DNA of 63,817 nt, from assembly GCA_018830125.1 (NCBI GenBank), contig JAHJSY010000041.1, positions 1 through 63,817 of the forward strand, read 5' to 3'. The notes below the pieces were generated by a model. That model saw only the letters and a list, made by a program, of their open reading frames with translations. It had not been told where the DNA came from and searched no databases. The stretch is from Patescibacteria group bacterium (GTDB lineage: Bacteria; Patescibacteriota; Minisyncoccia; Minisyncoccales; GWA2-38-27). Both the position numbers and the translations under genes were made by a program. Each line of letters opens with the position of its first letter. Positions within the stretch are counted from its first letter, which is position 1. Positions 1-10,176 of this stretch are shown here, piece after piece.

Positions 1-9
1 AAATCTCGT

Positions 10-942
10 TTAACTAAGCTCTGCGATAAATAAATCTAAGGCAGTTGCCGGCTCTACTTGGCCGGTTTTTATTTGCAGGTCTATCTTAAATATCTTTTCA
101 TAGATATTTTTTAATTCTTGAAAACTAAATTGTTGAGCTGAATAATAGGCTTTTTTGACGACAAATGGATGAAGACCACTCTTTTTAGCAATACTATAAT
201 ATGGTTGAGATTTCTCAATTAAATCTTTAATAATTAAAAGATTTCTAAATTGGAAATTAATCATCGAAAGAAGATAGACTGGCGAATCTCCTTTTTCAAC
301 ATGCTTATAAAGCAGGGCTAGAGCCTGCTTTTTGTTTTTCTGAGCAATGGCTTCTATTGTTTTAAAAATATCTGTTTCAATGCTTGACCTTACTAAAAGT
401 TTGACATTAGCAATTTCAATGCTCTTATTATAACTAGCCAGTTTTTTAATTTCGTTAGACATTCTCCATAAGTCATTGCCAATATATTCAATAAGTTTAT
501 CTAGAGCCATGCTATCTATTCTTGCACCGTATCTCTCAAGTTCTTTTTTAACCCAAGTTTTTAGCTCGGCATAAGAAAGAGATCCAAACTCTTGCGATTT
601 GGCATTTTTGTTTAGATACTTGAGCAAAGCATTATTCTTGGCAATCTTTCCCTCTTGATAAATAACAACTATATCATCTGATTCTAAAAACTCTTTTCCA
701 TAATCTAGAAAGCTTTCTTTAAATTCGGCATCATCAAAAGGATTCAAAACAACAGACAATTTTTTCTCTTTAAACATTGATATTTGTTTAAAATCACTTT
801 TAAAACTCTCAAAGAAATTCCCACTTCCTTCAAAGTATTTCAAATTAAGTCCGCTGGTGCGAACCTTCTTGTACTTCTCAACAATCTCTTTCAACTTCTC
901 CTTCATCCTATATGTATCTTCGCCATGCAAAAATATAATCAT
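10..942 (-). CDS. holA: DNA polymerase III subunit delta (clamp-loader)
   Basis: 310-aa ORF from the track. Length and the N-terminal IIFLHGED start resemble the HolA family. Family-level recognition only. Confidence 0.6.
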   Translation of the reverse strand: MIIFLHGEDTYRMKEKLKEIVEKYKKVRTSGLNLKYFEGSGNFFESFKSDFKQISMFKEKKLSVVLNPFDDAEFKESFLDYGKEFLESDDIVVIYQEGKIAKNNALLKYLNKNAKSQEFGSLSYAELKTWVKKELERYGARIDSMALDKLIEYIGNDLWRMSNEIKKLASYNKSIEIANVKLLVRSSIETDIFKTIEAIAQKNKKQALALLYKHVEKGDSPVYLLSMINFQFRNLLIIKDLIEKSQPYYSIAKKSGLHPFVVKKAYYSAQQFSFQELKNIYEKIFKIDLQIKTGQVEPATALDLFIAELS

Positions 943-1029
943 AATAATTTAATCTTATCAGATAACCCAATATTTTCAAATAAAAAAGAGAGCATATACT
1001 TCATGCACATGCTCCCATTATCTACTTGA

Positions 1030-1060
1030 GAAAAGTTCGAGGCCCGTCCTCGAACTTTTC
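1030..1060. repeat. REP-like hairpin GAAAAGTTCGAGG-CCCGT-CCTCGAACTTTTC
   Basis: Perfect 13-bp stem with a 5-nt loop, abutting the stop codon of the RAYT-like gene. The core recurs at 1561, 18725 and 53479. Confidence 0.85.
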
Positions 1061-1773
1061 TACTCTAAGAACAAATTTTTGTATTCTTCTGATTCTCCTT
1101 TGTATTCTATCCAATATTTTGTAAAATCTTTGCAACCCCGTTCTCCACCCATCAATTCTAGCATAAAATTTCTACTTGTCACGGATGGAAAATTCTTTAT
1201 GCCGATATAATCTTGATAACTTGACCATTTATAATCATTTAAAAAATTTAAGTATTCTTCAGAATTCTCTACTTTTATTTTTTTCCAGTTAGGATCAAAA
1301 AGAGAAAGAGGATTTGCATGAATATATGTGAATACAATTCTTAACTGATCATCATTTTCAATATGAACCGAATAAAACCTATCCTGAAAAAAATGTCCTT
1401 TTCTATTATATCTTCTATTAGAATACCCTGCATATCCCGTTCCAAACTTAGACATAAATTTGGTTATTCCGCCGTCCTTTACCTGCCTTACTAATAAATG
1501 AACGTGATTTGGCATAAAACAAAAAGCTAAAATCTCCACTAACTGCTCCCTCTCGTCTATAAAGTTCGAGGCCCGTCCTCGACCTTCTTTAAATCGGTTT
1601 CTATCTCGTCTTTTTCTTTGCATAGAAACTGAGTTAGAGTTGTTGAATTCGTATATAGAAAAAATCCCACGATAATAATCTCTTATATCTTTAAAGATCA
1701 AATTATTATCGATTGCTCTTAAGGTAATATGATAAATTTCATCGTCGACAAATTTTTCTTTTCTATATGGCAT
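1060..1773 (-). CDS. IS200/RAYT-type Y1 (HUH) tyrosine transposase
   Basis: HUH motif PNHVHLLV. Tyr region GHFFQDRFYS followed by YIHANP. 237 aa. A cognate hairpin lies directly 3' of the gene. Confidence 0.75.
   Translation of the reverse strand: MPYRKEKFVDDEIYHITLRAIDNNLIFKDIRDYYRGIFSIYEFNNSNSVSMQRKRRDRNRFKEGRGRASNFIDEREQLVEILAFCFMPNHVHLLVRQVKDGGITKFMSKFGTGYAGYSNRRYNRKGHFFQDRFYSVHIENDDQLRIVFTYIHANPLSLFDPNWKKIKVENSEEYLNFLNDYKWSSYQDYIGIKNFPSVTSRNFMLELMGGERGCKDFTKYWIEYKGESEEYKNLFLE
1561..1585. repeat. REP-like core copy inside the RAYT ORF
   Basis: AAAGTTCGAGGCCCGTCCTCGACC. Translated on the minus strand as EGRGRASNF. Confidence 0.8.
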
Positions 1774-1918
1774 AATTTTTTAATCCACTAAGAATACCGT
1801 CATATATTCTATTCTACCTAAATATCATCTAAATACAAAAAATGTTTTACTTTTTGGGGGAGTTGGGCTATGATAGTCTATTATAGTTAAGATTAAATAT
1901 AAATATAAGATTAAATAT

Positions 1919-2227
1919 ATGGATGAGTTGACTCAAATATTGAGCCATGAAGAAAAAAATAGAGATATTATAGAGAAAGAAAGGGGGAAAGTAGCCCAAG
2001 AACTTCAAGATAAAGAAAACAAAATAGTTAAAATGCTAGAGACAGAGCATGGATTAACTGCTGAAGAAAAGATGGGAATTTTAACTGAAGAAGGAAGAGA
2101 ATTCAAGAAAATAGAAGAAGACAAAAAGAAAGAACTTGATTCGAAAATGTTAAAATTAAACAAAAATAGAGAAGGAAAGATTGAGTCAGCCGTGAACTTT
2201 ATTATTGAAAATTCGTTTAAAGAGTAA
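1919..2227 (+). CDS. ntpF: V/A-type ATPase peripheral-stalk subunit (NtpF/G-like), putative
   Basis: 102-aa Glu/Lys-rich coiled-coil ORF immediately 5' of subunit I. Same position as ntpF in the E. hirae ntpFIKECGABD operon. Confidence 0.4.
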   Translation: MDELTQILSHEEKNRDIIEKERGKVAQELQDKENKIVKMLETEHGLTAEEKMGILTEEGREFKKIEEDKKKELDSKMLKLNKNREGKIESAVNFIIENSFKE

Positions 2228-4141
2228 ATGCTGAAAGTTACCGAAAAATATATAATTGCCTTTGACAAAGATTTAAAGGACAAAATATTACATTCAATGA
2301 AAAAAGATTGGCATCTAGAAGTTTTAGATTGCGATCAAGTCAAACAATTAGAAATTAATAATACAGAACTTCAAGAAACGAATTATTTATTATCTTCAGT
2401 TGACTTTACAATTTCTTTCTTATCTCCTTTTGAAAAGAAGAAATCTTTAATTGAAAAATTAAAAAATCCTAAGATTATTATTAAAAGAAGGGAAATAGAT
2501 AAATTTAAGAAAGAAGAAAGTCTTAAATCCGTAGTCAACGAAGTCATTCAGCTTGAAAAAGAGATAAAGACCATAGAAAAAGAAATTAAAGAAAAAAAAG
2601 GAAAGATTAAAGAATTAGAACAATTCAATGATTTAAGTTTTATTCCTAAAGAAACTAACCATACTAAATCTTTGATATTTAGAACAGACAAGGTCAAAGA
2701 ATTCTCAGAATTTTTTGGAAAGAATAAAATTGCCAACAGAGAAATAAGTGTTTATCAATCAAAAACATACTTTACGACGATTTTCTTAAAAGAAAGAGAA
2801 GAAGATATTTTAAACTTTTTAAAAAACAATTCCGGAGAAATTGTTAATTATAACTTTAAAAAAATACCTTCTGAAGAAAGAGAGCTTCTTTCGAAAGAAA
2901 TCAAAGAAAAAGAAATTAGAATGAAAGAAATTCAAAAAGAATTAGCTTTGAAATCTTTTCACTCAGACGATTTGAAAATATATCATGATCTTCTTTGCTT
3001 GAGAAAAAGAATTGTAAGAGTTAAAAAGAGAATTTTGATTAGTGATTTTTTAAGCTATCTTGTTTTTTGGGCAACTAAAGAAGAAAAGGAAAGATTTGAA
3101 AAAGAAGTAAAAAATATTTCCGATGACATTAAAATTATTAAAGTCCAAATAGAGAAAGACGAATCACCTCCAGTTTTTTTAGAGAATTCTCGGATTATTT
3201 CTCCTTTTCAAGCAGTTACAGATATTTTCGGACTACCTTCAGCTTCAGAAATTGACCCAACTCCTTATTTATCTTTATTTTTTATCGTTTATTTTGGAAT
3301 TTGTATTACTGATGCTGGCTATGGTTTTCTTTTGGCTCTCTTCACCGGTTTAATGTTAATTTTCTTCAAAAAAAGTTTCGGGAAAAGTAATTTGATTAAA
3401 CTTCTTTTTTATGCTGGAATTTCGACCATTATAATGGGAGTTTTGTTTGGAAGTTATTTTGGGGTTTCGGCTTCTGAAATTGGTCTTCCTTTTATGCAGA
3501 GATTTAAAGTAATTGATCCAATCAAAGATACCCTTTTATTTATGGGAATTGCTTTCTTGTTAGGATATTTCCAGATATGCTTTGCTCAAATAGTAAAAAT
3601 AATTTCTAATAAAAACCAAGTCAATAAAGAGGGAATGGTTTCAGGGATAGTTTGGTTTTGTTTCTATTTGTCAGCAGGGATTTATTTACTTTCAATCCCC
3701 TTTACTTTTTTACAAATATTCGGCAAGATAGGATTGATCTTATTTGGAGTGGGGTTGTTCTTAGTCGAAGGAAGAGGTCAAAAGATATTTTTAATTCCTT
3801 TAATTGGCGGTATTAAAATTTTACAGGGATTAATTAACACAGTTTCGGATATTTTATCTTATTCAAGATTGATGGCATTAGGACTTGGAACGGGAGTGAT
3901 TGCTTTGATTGTTAATCAGATTGCTTTCTTGCTTGGTGGGATGATTCCATATGTGGGCTGGATTCTTACTTTGATAATTTTAGTTTTTGGCCATATTTTT
4001 AATTTGGGAATAAATGCTTTAGGAGGTTTTATTCATTCAGCACGACTCCAGTTTGTCGAATTCTTTCCTAAATTTATGGAAGGGGGGGGTCGAAGGTTGG
4101 ATCCGATTCAAGAAGAATTAAGGTATATAAAAATTAATTAA
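2228..4141 (+). CDS. ntpI: V/A-type ATPase subunit I (a-type stator)
   Basis: 637 aa. Hydrophilic coiled N-terminal half and polytopic C-terminal half. SYSRLMALGLGTG resembles the conserved SYLRLWALSLAH Arg motif of a/I subunits. Confidence 0.85.
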   Translation: MLKVTEKYIIAFDKDLKDKILHSMKKDWHLEVLDCDQVKQLEINNTELQETNYLLSSVDFTISFLSPFEKKKSLIEKLKNPKIIIKRREIDKFKKEESLKSVVNEVIQLEKEIKTIEKEIKEKKGKIKELEQFNDLSFIPKETNHTKSLIFRTDKVKEFSEFFGKNKIANREISVYQSKTYFTTIFLKEREEDILNFLKNNSGEIVNYNFKKIPSEERELLSKEIKEKEIRMKEIQKELALKSFHSDDLKIYHDLLCLRKRIVRVKKRILISDFLSYLVFWATKEEKERFEKEVKNISDDIKIIKVQIEKDESPPVFLENSRIISPFQAVTDIFGLPSASEIDPTPYLSLFFIVYFGICITDAGYGFLLALFTGLMLIFFKKSFGKSNLIKLLFYAGISTIIMGVLFGSYFGVSASEIGLPFMQRFKVIDPIKDTLLFMGIAFLLGYFQICFAQIVKIISNKNQVNKEGMVSGIVWFCFYLSAGIYLLSIPFTFLQIFGKIGLILFGVGLFLVEGRGQKIFLIPLIGGIKILQGLINTVSDILSYSRLMALGLGTGVIALIVNQIAFLLGGMIPYVGWILTLIILVFGHIFNLGINALGGFIHSARLQFVEFFPKFMEGGGRRLDPIQEELRYIKIN

Positions 4142-4185
4142 ATTAATATTATAATCAATAACTTAAATTGGTTGTAAAAAAAGAT

Positions 4186-4659
4186 ATGTTAGGATTAGCG
4201 TTAGCCGTCTTAGGAGCTTCTTTAGCCGTAGCGTTAGCCGGTATCGGCTCTATCGTTGGAGTAGCTCGTTCTGGAAGAGCGGCTTCGGGAATTGTTGCCG
4301 AAGAACCAGAAAAATTTGGAAAGGTGTTACTTTTACAAGCCCTTCCTTCAACTCAAGGAATCTATGGATTTATTGGAGCTTTTTGGGTTATTTTAAAGTT
4401 AGGACTTTTAGGAGGAGAGGTTCCTATGATTTCTTGGGAAACAGGGTTAGCTATTTGTTTGGCTTGTTTACCAGTCGCCTTAGGAGGACTTTTTTCCGGA
4501 ATGTTTCAAGGATCAGTTTCGATCGCAGGAATGAATATCGTTGCTAAAAAACCTCAAGAATCAGGTAAGGGAGTAATTCTTTCGGCGATGGTAGAAACTT
4601 ATGCTGTTTTAGGTCTTTTGGCAACAATTCTTTTAATTCAAGGGATTAATCTTGTTTAA
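4186..4659 (+). CDS. ntpK: V/A-type ATPase proteolipid subunit K
   Basis: Four-helix proteolipid. EPEKFGK..LQALPSTQGIYGF..GLFSGMFQGSVSIAG..AKKP..MVETYAVLG closely parallels E. hirae NtpK. The track ORF starts at TTG 4168; the in-frame ATG at 4186 is preferred. Confidence 0.9.
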   Translation: MLGLALAVLGASLAVALAGIGSIVGVARSGRAASGIVAEEPEKFGKVLLLQALPSTQGIYGFIGAFWVILKLGLLGGEVPMISWETGLAICLACLPVALGGLFSGMFQGSVSIAGMNIVAKKPQESGKGVILSAMVETYAVLGLLATILLIQGINLV

Positions 4660-4660
4660 G

Positions 4661-5203
4661 ATGATTCAAGAGATCTTAAAAAATATTGATCGAAAAAGGG
4701 ATCAAGAAATAGAGAAAATCAATCAAGAAAAAGAACAGTCTCTTTTGAGTTTAAAAGAAAAAGCTAAAAAACAAATTGCTTTAAAGAAACAAGAAGCTTT
4801 ATTCGCTTTAAATAAAGAAAAATCAAGAAAGGTATCGGAGTTTTTACAGGAAAAAAATACGGAAATAGATTTTGTTTTTCAGAATGAAAAAAATAAAATC
4901 ATTCAAGAAGTCTGGGATCGAGTTGAAGAAAAAATTAATAAAATGCCTAATGATTCTTTTGAAAAAATAATTGATTTTTTAATCAAGTTTATTCCTACTA
5001 ATATAGAAGGAGAAATTAAGGCTTCTGGAAGAACAGCTAAAATTCTTAAAGGATCTCTTAAGAATTTTGAAATCAAAGACAACTTGAAAGAAGAAGGATT
5101 TTTAGTTAAAACCAAGAATCTTGATTTAGATTTTCGAATCAAGGAGGTCCTGAAAGAGATGAGGGAAAATCTAAATCCTAAAATAATTAAGATCTTATTT
5201 TAA
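4661..5203 (+). CDS. ntpE: V/A-type ATPase subunit E
   Basis: About 180-aa charged helical protein in the E position of the operon. ATG lies 2 nt after the ntpK stop. Confidence 0.6.
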   Translation: MIQEILKNIDRKRDQEIEKINQEKEQSLLSLKEKAKKQIALKKQEALFALNKEKSRKVSEFLQEKNTEIDFVFQNEKNKIIQEVWDRVEEKINKMPNDSFEKIIDFLIKFIPTNIEGEIKASGRTAKILKGSLKNFEIKDNLKEEGFLVKTKNLDLDFRIKEVLKEMRENLNPKIIKILF

Positions 5204-5204
5204 T

Positions 5205-6143
5205 ATGCTTGAATACGCTATTGGATTAATAAATGTTTTAGAGAAAAATATTTTTGATCATCAAGATCAGGAAAGAATGATTAATGCTCCCGACAAAGAG
5301 TCAGCTTTTAAAGTTCTCTTTGATACCGATTTAGCAGAAATTAGCGTTAAAGAACAAAATATAGAAAAAATCTTAGAAAAAGATTTCCTCTCTTTAAGGG
5401 ATATTATTCGTCAAACAGTGAAAGACGAAAGAGAAGAACTATTTTGGTTTTTATTCTTAAAATTTGATGCCTTGAATCTTAAGATAGCCTTAAAAGAAAA
5501 ATTCTCAAATGATTTTAAATCTACTTACTCCTTTGATTGTTCTATTGTCTCTTTTTTGGATATTCAGAAAAGAGTTGAGGACAGCAAGTATAAAGTTAAA
5601 AACAAATATGTTGAATCAATGATCGAAGAAGTTTTGGGAAAGATTAAAAAAGCCTCCGAAATCGAAGAGACTGTTGACATGGTTTTTTTAAAAACCAAAG
5701 TCAAGATTACTAGAAAAACTGGGGAACTACCCTTCCAAATTGTTAAATTAGAAATTGATATTGCCAACCTTAAAAACATGATCAAGGGAAAGGAAACATT
5801 TATTAATGACGGAAATTTGACAAGATCAGAATTAAAGATTTTACTAGGAAAAGGAGGAGCCTTTTCTCAAAACTTAGATAAGTTTTTAGAAGCATATAAC
5901 CTATCTTTGATTATTTCAAAATTTGATAAAAGCAATAGCGAAGTTGAATTAGAAAAAATGTTGGAAATATTTTTATCAGAAAAGATTTTAGAGAAAGAAA
6001 GAAATAGAGGAACCGGAATTGACAAGGTGGTTTCTTATTTCTATCGAAAGATTAATGCTCATTCTAATATTAGATTGATTTTCTTTGCCAAAGAAAGCAG
6101 TCTTTCGATTAAAGAACTTAAAAGTAATATTTTACCAATATAA
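5205..6143 (+). CDS. ntpC: V/A-type ATPase subunit C (d-type)
   Basis: 312 aa, in the operon position between E and the F-type subunit. Family recognition by length and position. Confidence 0.6.
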   Translation: MLEYAIGLINVLEKNIFDHQDQERMINAPDKESAFKVLFDTDLAEISVKEQNIEKILEKDFLSLRDIIRQTVKDEREELFWFLFLKFDALNLKIALKEKFSNDFKSTYSFDCSIVSFLDIQKRVEDSKYKVKNKYVESMIEEVLGKIKKASEIEETVDMVFLKTKVKITRKTGELPFQIVKLEIDIANLKNMIKGKETFINDGNLTRSELKILLGKGGAFSQNLDKFLEAYNLSLIISKFDKSNSEVELEKMLEIFLSEKILEKERNRGTGIDKVVSYFYRKINAHSNIRLIFFAKESSLSIKELKSNILPI

Positions 6144-6148
6144 TAAAA

Positions 6149-6457
6149 ATGAAAGTTGCCATTTTAGGAGAGAAAAAAATAGTGTTAGCTTTTAAATCTT
6201 TAGGGGTTTCTGTTTTTGGGGTTGATAAAGAGAAAGATTTCAATTTAGCCGTAACAGAGATAGAGAACAGCAATTACAGCATTCTTTTTGTAACCGAAAA
6301 TATCGTTGAGAAATATAAAAACAAAATAGAGCAATTTTACAAAGAATCATTACCGGCTATTTTAATAATACCTGGAACTAATAATAATCAAGGGATTGGA
6401 AAAGAAAGTTTAAAAAAAACAATAGAAAGAGCCCTGGGGGCGGATATTGGATTATAA
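6149..6457 (+). CDS. ntpG: V/A-type ATPase subunit F (NtpG)
   Basis: 102 aa. The MKVAILGEKKIVLAFKSLGV start is typical of V-type F subunits. Directly precedes the A subunit. Confidence 0.7.
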   Translation: MKVAILGEKKIVLAFKSLGVSVFGVDKEKDFNLAVTEIENSNYSILFVTENIVEKYKNKIEQFYKESLPAILIIPGTNNNQGIGKESLKKTIERALGADIGL

Positions 6458-6517
6458 ATAAAAAATAAGAGAATCTTGATTCGTTAATGAATTAATATCG
6501 AATCTTGAATTAAAATT

Positions 6518-8116
6518 ATGAAACAAGGAAGAATCAAAAAAGTTACTGGCCCCTTAGTGGTCGCCGAAAACATTAGCGAAGTAAAAATGTATGAAGTAGT
6601 ACGAGTTGGAAATGAAAAGATAATTGGAGAAGTCATCAGAATTGTGGGTGAAGATGTTTATATCCAAGTTTATGAAGATACCGCTGGAGTTGGTCCAGGA
6701 GAACCAGTTGAGCTAACTGGAGAATCTTTGTCGGTAGAATTGGGTCCTGGATTAATCGCTAATATTTATGATGGAATCCAAAGACCTTTAAAGGATTTGG
6801 TTGAAAAATCTGGAGCTTTTATTGGTCGGGGAATTGATTGTCGAGCTCTAGCTTCAGAAAAGAAATGGCATTTTAAACCAAAGGGAAAGAACGGAGAAGA
6901 AGTAAGCGGTGGAGATATCTTAGGAGAAGTTCAAGAAAAAGAATTCTTTGTTCACAGAATAATGGTTCCTCCTACTATTAACGGAAAAGTTGATTTTATT
7001 GCCGAAGAGGGCGATTATACTATTGATGAGATTATTGCTAAAATAGACGGTCAGGAAATAAAGATGGCTCAAAAATGGCCGATTAGAGAACCTAGACCAA
7101 TTAAGAAAAAAATGATTCCAAATACGGCTTTGATTACTGGCCAAAGAGTAATTGACACTTTTTTCCCTATTGCTAAGGGAGGAACGGGATCCGTTCCAGG
7201 ACCTTTCGGAAGTGGAAAAACAGTGGTTCAGCATCAATTTGCTAAATGGTCTGATGCCGATGTGATTATTTTTATCGGTTGCGGAGAAAGAGGAAATGAA
7301 ATGACTGATCTTTTAAATGAGTTTCCAGAAATTAACGATCCTAAAACAGGAAGACCTTTAATGGAAAGAACTGTTTTGGTCGCCAATACTTCTAATATGC
7401 CCGTAGCGGCTCGGGAAGCTTCTGTTTATACCGGAATTACGATTGCTGAATATTTTCGAGACATGGGTTATTCCGTAGCACTTTTAGCTGACTCTACTTC
7501 TAGATGGGCTGAAGCCCTAAGAGAAATATCAGGCCGATTAGAAGAGATGCCAGGAGATGAAGGATATCCAGCTTATTTAGGATCTCGAACAGCAGCTTTT
7601 TATGAAAGAGCTGGCTACTTTAAATGTTTGGGGAAAGATGATAGAGAAGGATATCTAACAGTCGTCGGGGCGGTTTCTCCTCCAGGAGGTGATTTGTCAG
7701 AACCAGTAACTCAAAACACTTTAAGAGTAACTAAAGTTTTTTGGGCTTTAGATTCTGCTTTGGCCTATAAGAGACATTTTCCAGCTATTAACTGGTTAAA
7801 TTCCTATTCTTTATATGATTCTGACATTAAGGAATTTTTAGAAGAAAAGGGAGGGAAAGGGTTTAACGATTTGAGAGTGAAAGCGATGAAAATATTACAA
7901 AAAGAAGCTGCCTTAGAAGAAATTGTCAGATTAGTGGGAGTGGATTCACTATCTCCGAAAGATCAATTACTCCTTAAAACAGCTAAGTCAATTAGAGAAG
8001 ATTTCTTACATCAAAACGCTTTTGACGAAGAAGATTCGTATACCTCTTTAGAAAAACAATATTTAATGATTAAAGAAATAATAGATAACCACGAAAATTA
8101 TGCAAAAAATATATAA
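6518..8116 (+). CDS. ntpA: V/A-type ATPase catalytic subunit A
   Basis: Walker [24 protein letters not shown] and GYPAYL motifs. Insert after the N-terminal barrel is typical of A subunits. Confidence 0.95.
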   Translation: MKQGRIKKVTGPLVVAENISEVKMYEVVRVGNEKIIGEVIRIVGEDVYIQVYEDTAGVGPGEPVELTGESLSVELGPGLIANIYDGIQRPLKDLVEKSGAFIGRGIDCRALASEKKWHFKPKGKNGEEVSGGDILGEVQEKEFFVHRIMVPPTINGKVDFIAEEGDYTIDEIIAKIDGQEIKMAQKWPIREPRPIKKKMIPNTALITGQRVIDTFFPIAKGGTGSVPGPFGSGKTVVQHQFAKWSDADVIIFIGCGERGNEMTDLLNEFPEINDPKTGRPLMERTVLVANTSNMPVAAREASVYTGITIAEYFRDMGYSVALLADSTSRWAEALREISGRLEEMPGDEGYPAYLGSRTAAFYERAGYFKCLGKDDREGYLTVVGAVSPPGGDLSEPVTQNTLRVTKVFWALDSALAYKRHFPAINWLNSYSLYDSDIKEFLEEKGGKGFNDLRVKAMKILQKEAALEEIVRLVGVDSLSPKDQLLLKTAKSIREDFLHQNAFDEEDSYTSLEKQYLMIKEIIDNHENYAKNI

Positions 8117-9476
8117 GACAATTACAGAATCAGCTGGCCCTCTTTTAGTCGTCGATGGAGTAGAGGGTATCAAATATGACGAACTAGTTGAAATAGAAAC
8201 TCAAGATGGAAAGATAAAGAGAGGAAAAGTTCTAGAGGCTTCAAAAAATCAGGCAGTAATTCAGGTTTTTGAAGATGTTCGAGGAATGAACCTAAAAGAC
8301 TCCAAAGTAAAGTTTTTAGGAAAAACAATGAAGTTCGGCGTTTCTTTGGATCTTTTGGGAAGAATTTTTGATGGGGCTGGAAAACCAAAAGACTCTGGTC
8401 CAGAAGTAGTGGCTGAAAAATATTTAGATGTGGCCGGACTACCCTTAAATCCTCAAGCAAGAGAATACCCAGATGACTTTATTCAGACTGGAATTTCTAC
8501 TATTGATGGCTTAAACACTTTAGTCCGAGGCCAAAAGCTTCCTATTTTTTCAGGCGCAGGTCTACCCCACTCAAAATTAGCGGCTCAAATTGCCCGACAA
8601 GCCAAAGTAGCTGGTGGAGAAGAATTTTCGATTGTTTTTGGAGCAATGGGAATTACCTTTGAAGAAGCTGAGTTCTTTATTTCTGAATTTAAAAAAACAA
8701 AGGCCATTTCTAAGTCAGTGATGTTTATGAATTTAGCTAATGACCCAGTAGTAGAAAGAATTACTCTCCCAAGAATTGCCTTAACGGTAGCCGAATATTT
8801 AGCTTTTGAGAAAGGACAACATGTTTTAGTTATTCTAACTGATATGACTAATTACTGCGAAGCATTACGTGAAGTTTCAGCTTCTCGAAAAGAAGTTCCG
8901 GGAAGAAGAGGATATCCAGGCTATCTATATACTGATCTTTCCACTATCTATGAAAGAGCTGGAAAGATAAAGGGCCAAAAGGGTTCTATTACTCAAATCC
9001 CTATTTTAACTATGCCAGATGATGATATTACTCATCCAATCCCCGACTTATCGGGATATATTACCGAAGGTCAGATTTTATTGTCTAGAGAGATTCATAA
9101 TAAGGCCATCTATCCTCCTGTGGATGTTTTACCATCTTTATCTCGCTTGAAAGATAAGGGAATTGGAGAAGGAAAAACCAGAGAAGATCACGCAGGAGTT
9201 TTAAACCAATTATTTGCTTTCTATGCTCGAGGAAAAGAGATCAGGGAGTTAGCTTTAGTTTTAGGTGAATCAGCTTTAACAGAAACTGATAAAAAGTATC
9301 TTCAGTTTGCTGATGATTTTGAAAGAAGGTTTGTCGCTCAAGGCTACGAAGAAAATAGGTCTATTGAGGATACTTTAAATTTAGGATGGGAATTAATTAA
9401 CATTTTGCCGAGAGAGGAAATAAAAAGATTAAAACCCGAACACATAGAGAAATATGGAAAAAATAAAACCAACTAG
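8100..9476 (+). CDS. ntpB: V/A-type ATPase subunit B
   Basis: 458 aa. [14 protein letters not shown] and [12 protein letters not shown] motifs. Overlaps ntpA by 17 nt. Confidence 0.95.
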   Translation: MQKIYKTITESAGPLLVVDGVEGIKYDELVEIETQDGKIKRGKVLEASKNQAVIQVFEDVRGMNLKDSKVKFLGKTMKFGVSLDLLGRIFDGAGKPKDSGPEVVAEKYLDVAGLPLNPQAREYPDDFIQTGISTIDGLNTLVRGQKLPIFSGAGLPHSKLAAQIARQAKVAGGEEFSIVFGAMGITFEEAEFFISEFKKTKAISKSVMFMNLANDPVVERITLPRIALTVAEYLAFEKGQHVLVILTDMTNYCEALREVSASRKEVPGRRGYPGYLYTDLSTIYERAGKIKGQKGSITQIPILTMPDDDITHPIPDLSGYITEGQILLSREIHNKAIYPPVDVLPSLSRLKDKGIGEGKTREDHAGVLNQLFAFYARGKEIRELALVLGESALTETDKKYLQFADDFERRFVAQGYEENRSIEDTLNLGWELINILPREEIKRLKPEHIEKYGKNKTN

Positions 9477-10074
9477 AATAGAATTAATCAAATTGAAGAT
9501 AAGATTAAAGACCTCCCAAAGAGGACATAAACTCTTAAAAGAAAAGAGAGATGGCTTGATGAAAAAGTTTATGGAAATTATTAAGGAAGCTAAGGTCAAA
9601 AGAATTGAAATGGAAGAAAAGCTTTCTAATTCTGGAAAGGACTTTGCTATTATTTCGTCTCCCTTTTCTCCTAAAGAAGTGGAGCAGTTTTTTCTTTTAC
9701 CTTCAATGAAAGCTGAAGTTTCAATGGAAGAAAAAAACATTATGGGAGTAAAGATTCCTGTGTTTTCTTGCCAGACCTACAAGATAGAGCCTGATGAAAA
9801 AAGTTATTCTTATTTCTCTTTCCCAATTGGAATGGAAAAAAGTATTAAAGAGTTTGAAAATACTTTTTCTCTGATGTTAGAATTAGCCAATATTGAACAT
9901 TCGGCTCGTCTTTTATCTTTTGAAATAGAGAAGACCAGACGAAGAGTCAATGCTTTAGAATATATTATTATTCCTCAAATAATTCAAAACATTAAATTAA
10001 TTCGTTCAAAACTAGACGAAAATGAAAGGGCCGAAAAAATAATCCGTTTAATCATAAAATCCCAAATCGCTTAA
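9454..10074 (+). CDS. ntpD: V/A-type ATPase central-stalk subunit D
   Basis: N-terminus [31 protein letters not shown] is the D-subunit signature. Overlaps ntpB. Confidence 0.9.
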   Translation: MEKIKPTRIELIKLKIRLKTSQRGHKLLKEKRDGLMKKFMEIIKEAKVKRIEMEEKLSNSGKDFAIISSPFSPKEVEQFFLLPSMKAEVSMEEKNIMGVKIPVFSCQTYKIEPDEKSYSYFSFPIGMEKSIKEFENTFSLMLELANIEHSARLLSFEIEKTRRRVNALEYIIIPQIIQNIKLIRSKLDENERAEKIIRLIIKSQIA

Positions 10075-10085
10075 ATAAAGCAATC

Positions 10086-10111
10086 AAAAAACACCTCAAA
10101 GGTGTTTTTTT
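10086..10111 (+). terminator. Rho-independent terminator of the ATPase operon
   Basis: AAAAAACACCTCAAAGGTGTTTTTTT: short GC stem flanked by A and T runs. Confidence 0.7.
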
Positions 10112-10120
10112 GAGAAAGTT

Positions 10121-10151
10121 GAGAAAGGGAGAAAGGGGACGCATCACTTTT
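10121..10151. repeat. GGGGACGCATCACTTTT repeat (AAAAGTGA family)
   Basis: GAGAAAGGGAGAAAGGGGACGCATCACTTTT. Its reverse complement closely matches 49618..49658. A related copy lies at 11392..11416. Confidence 0.7.
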
Positions 10152-10176
10152 AGTCAGAGCTTTAAGCGTTTTTTAT

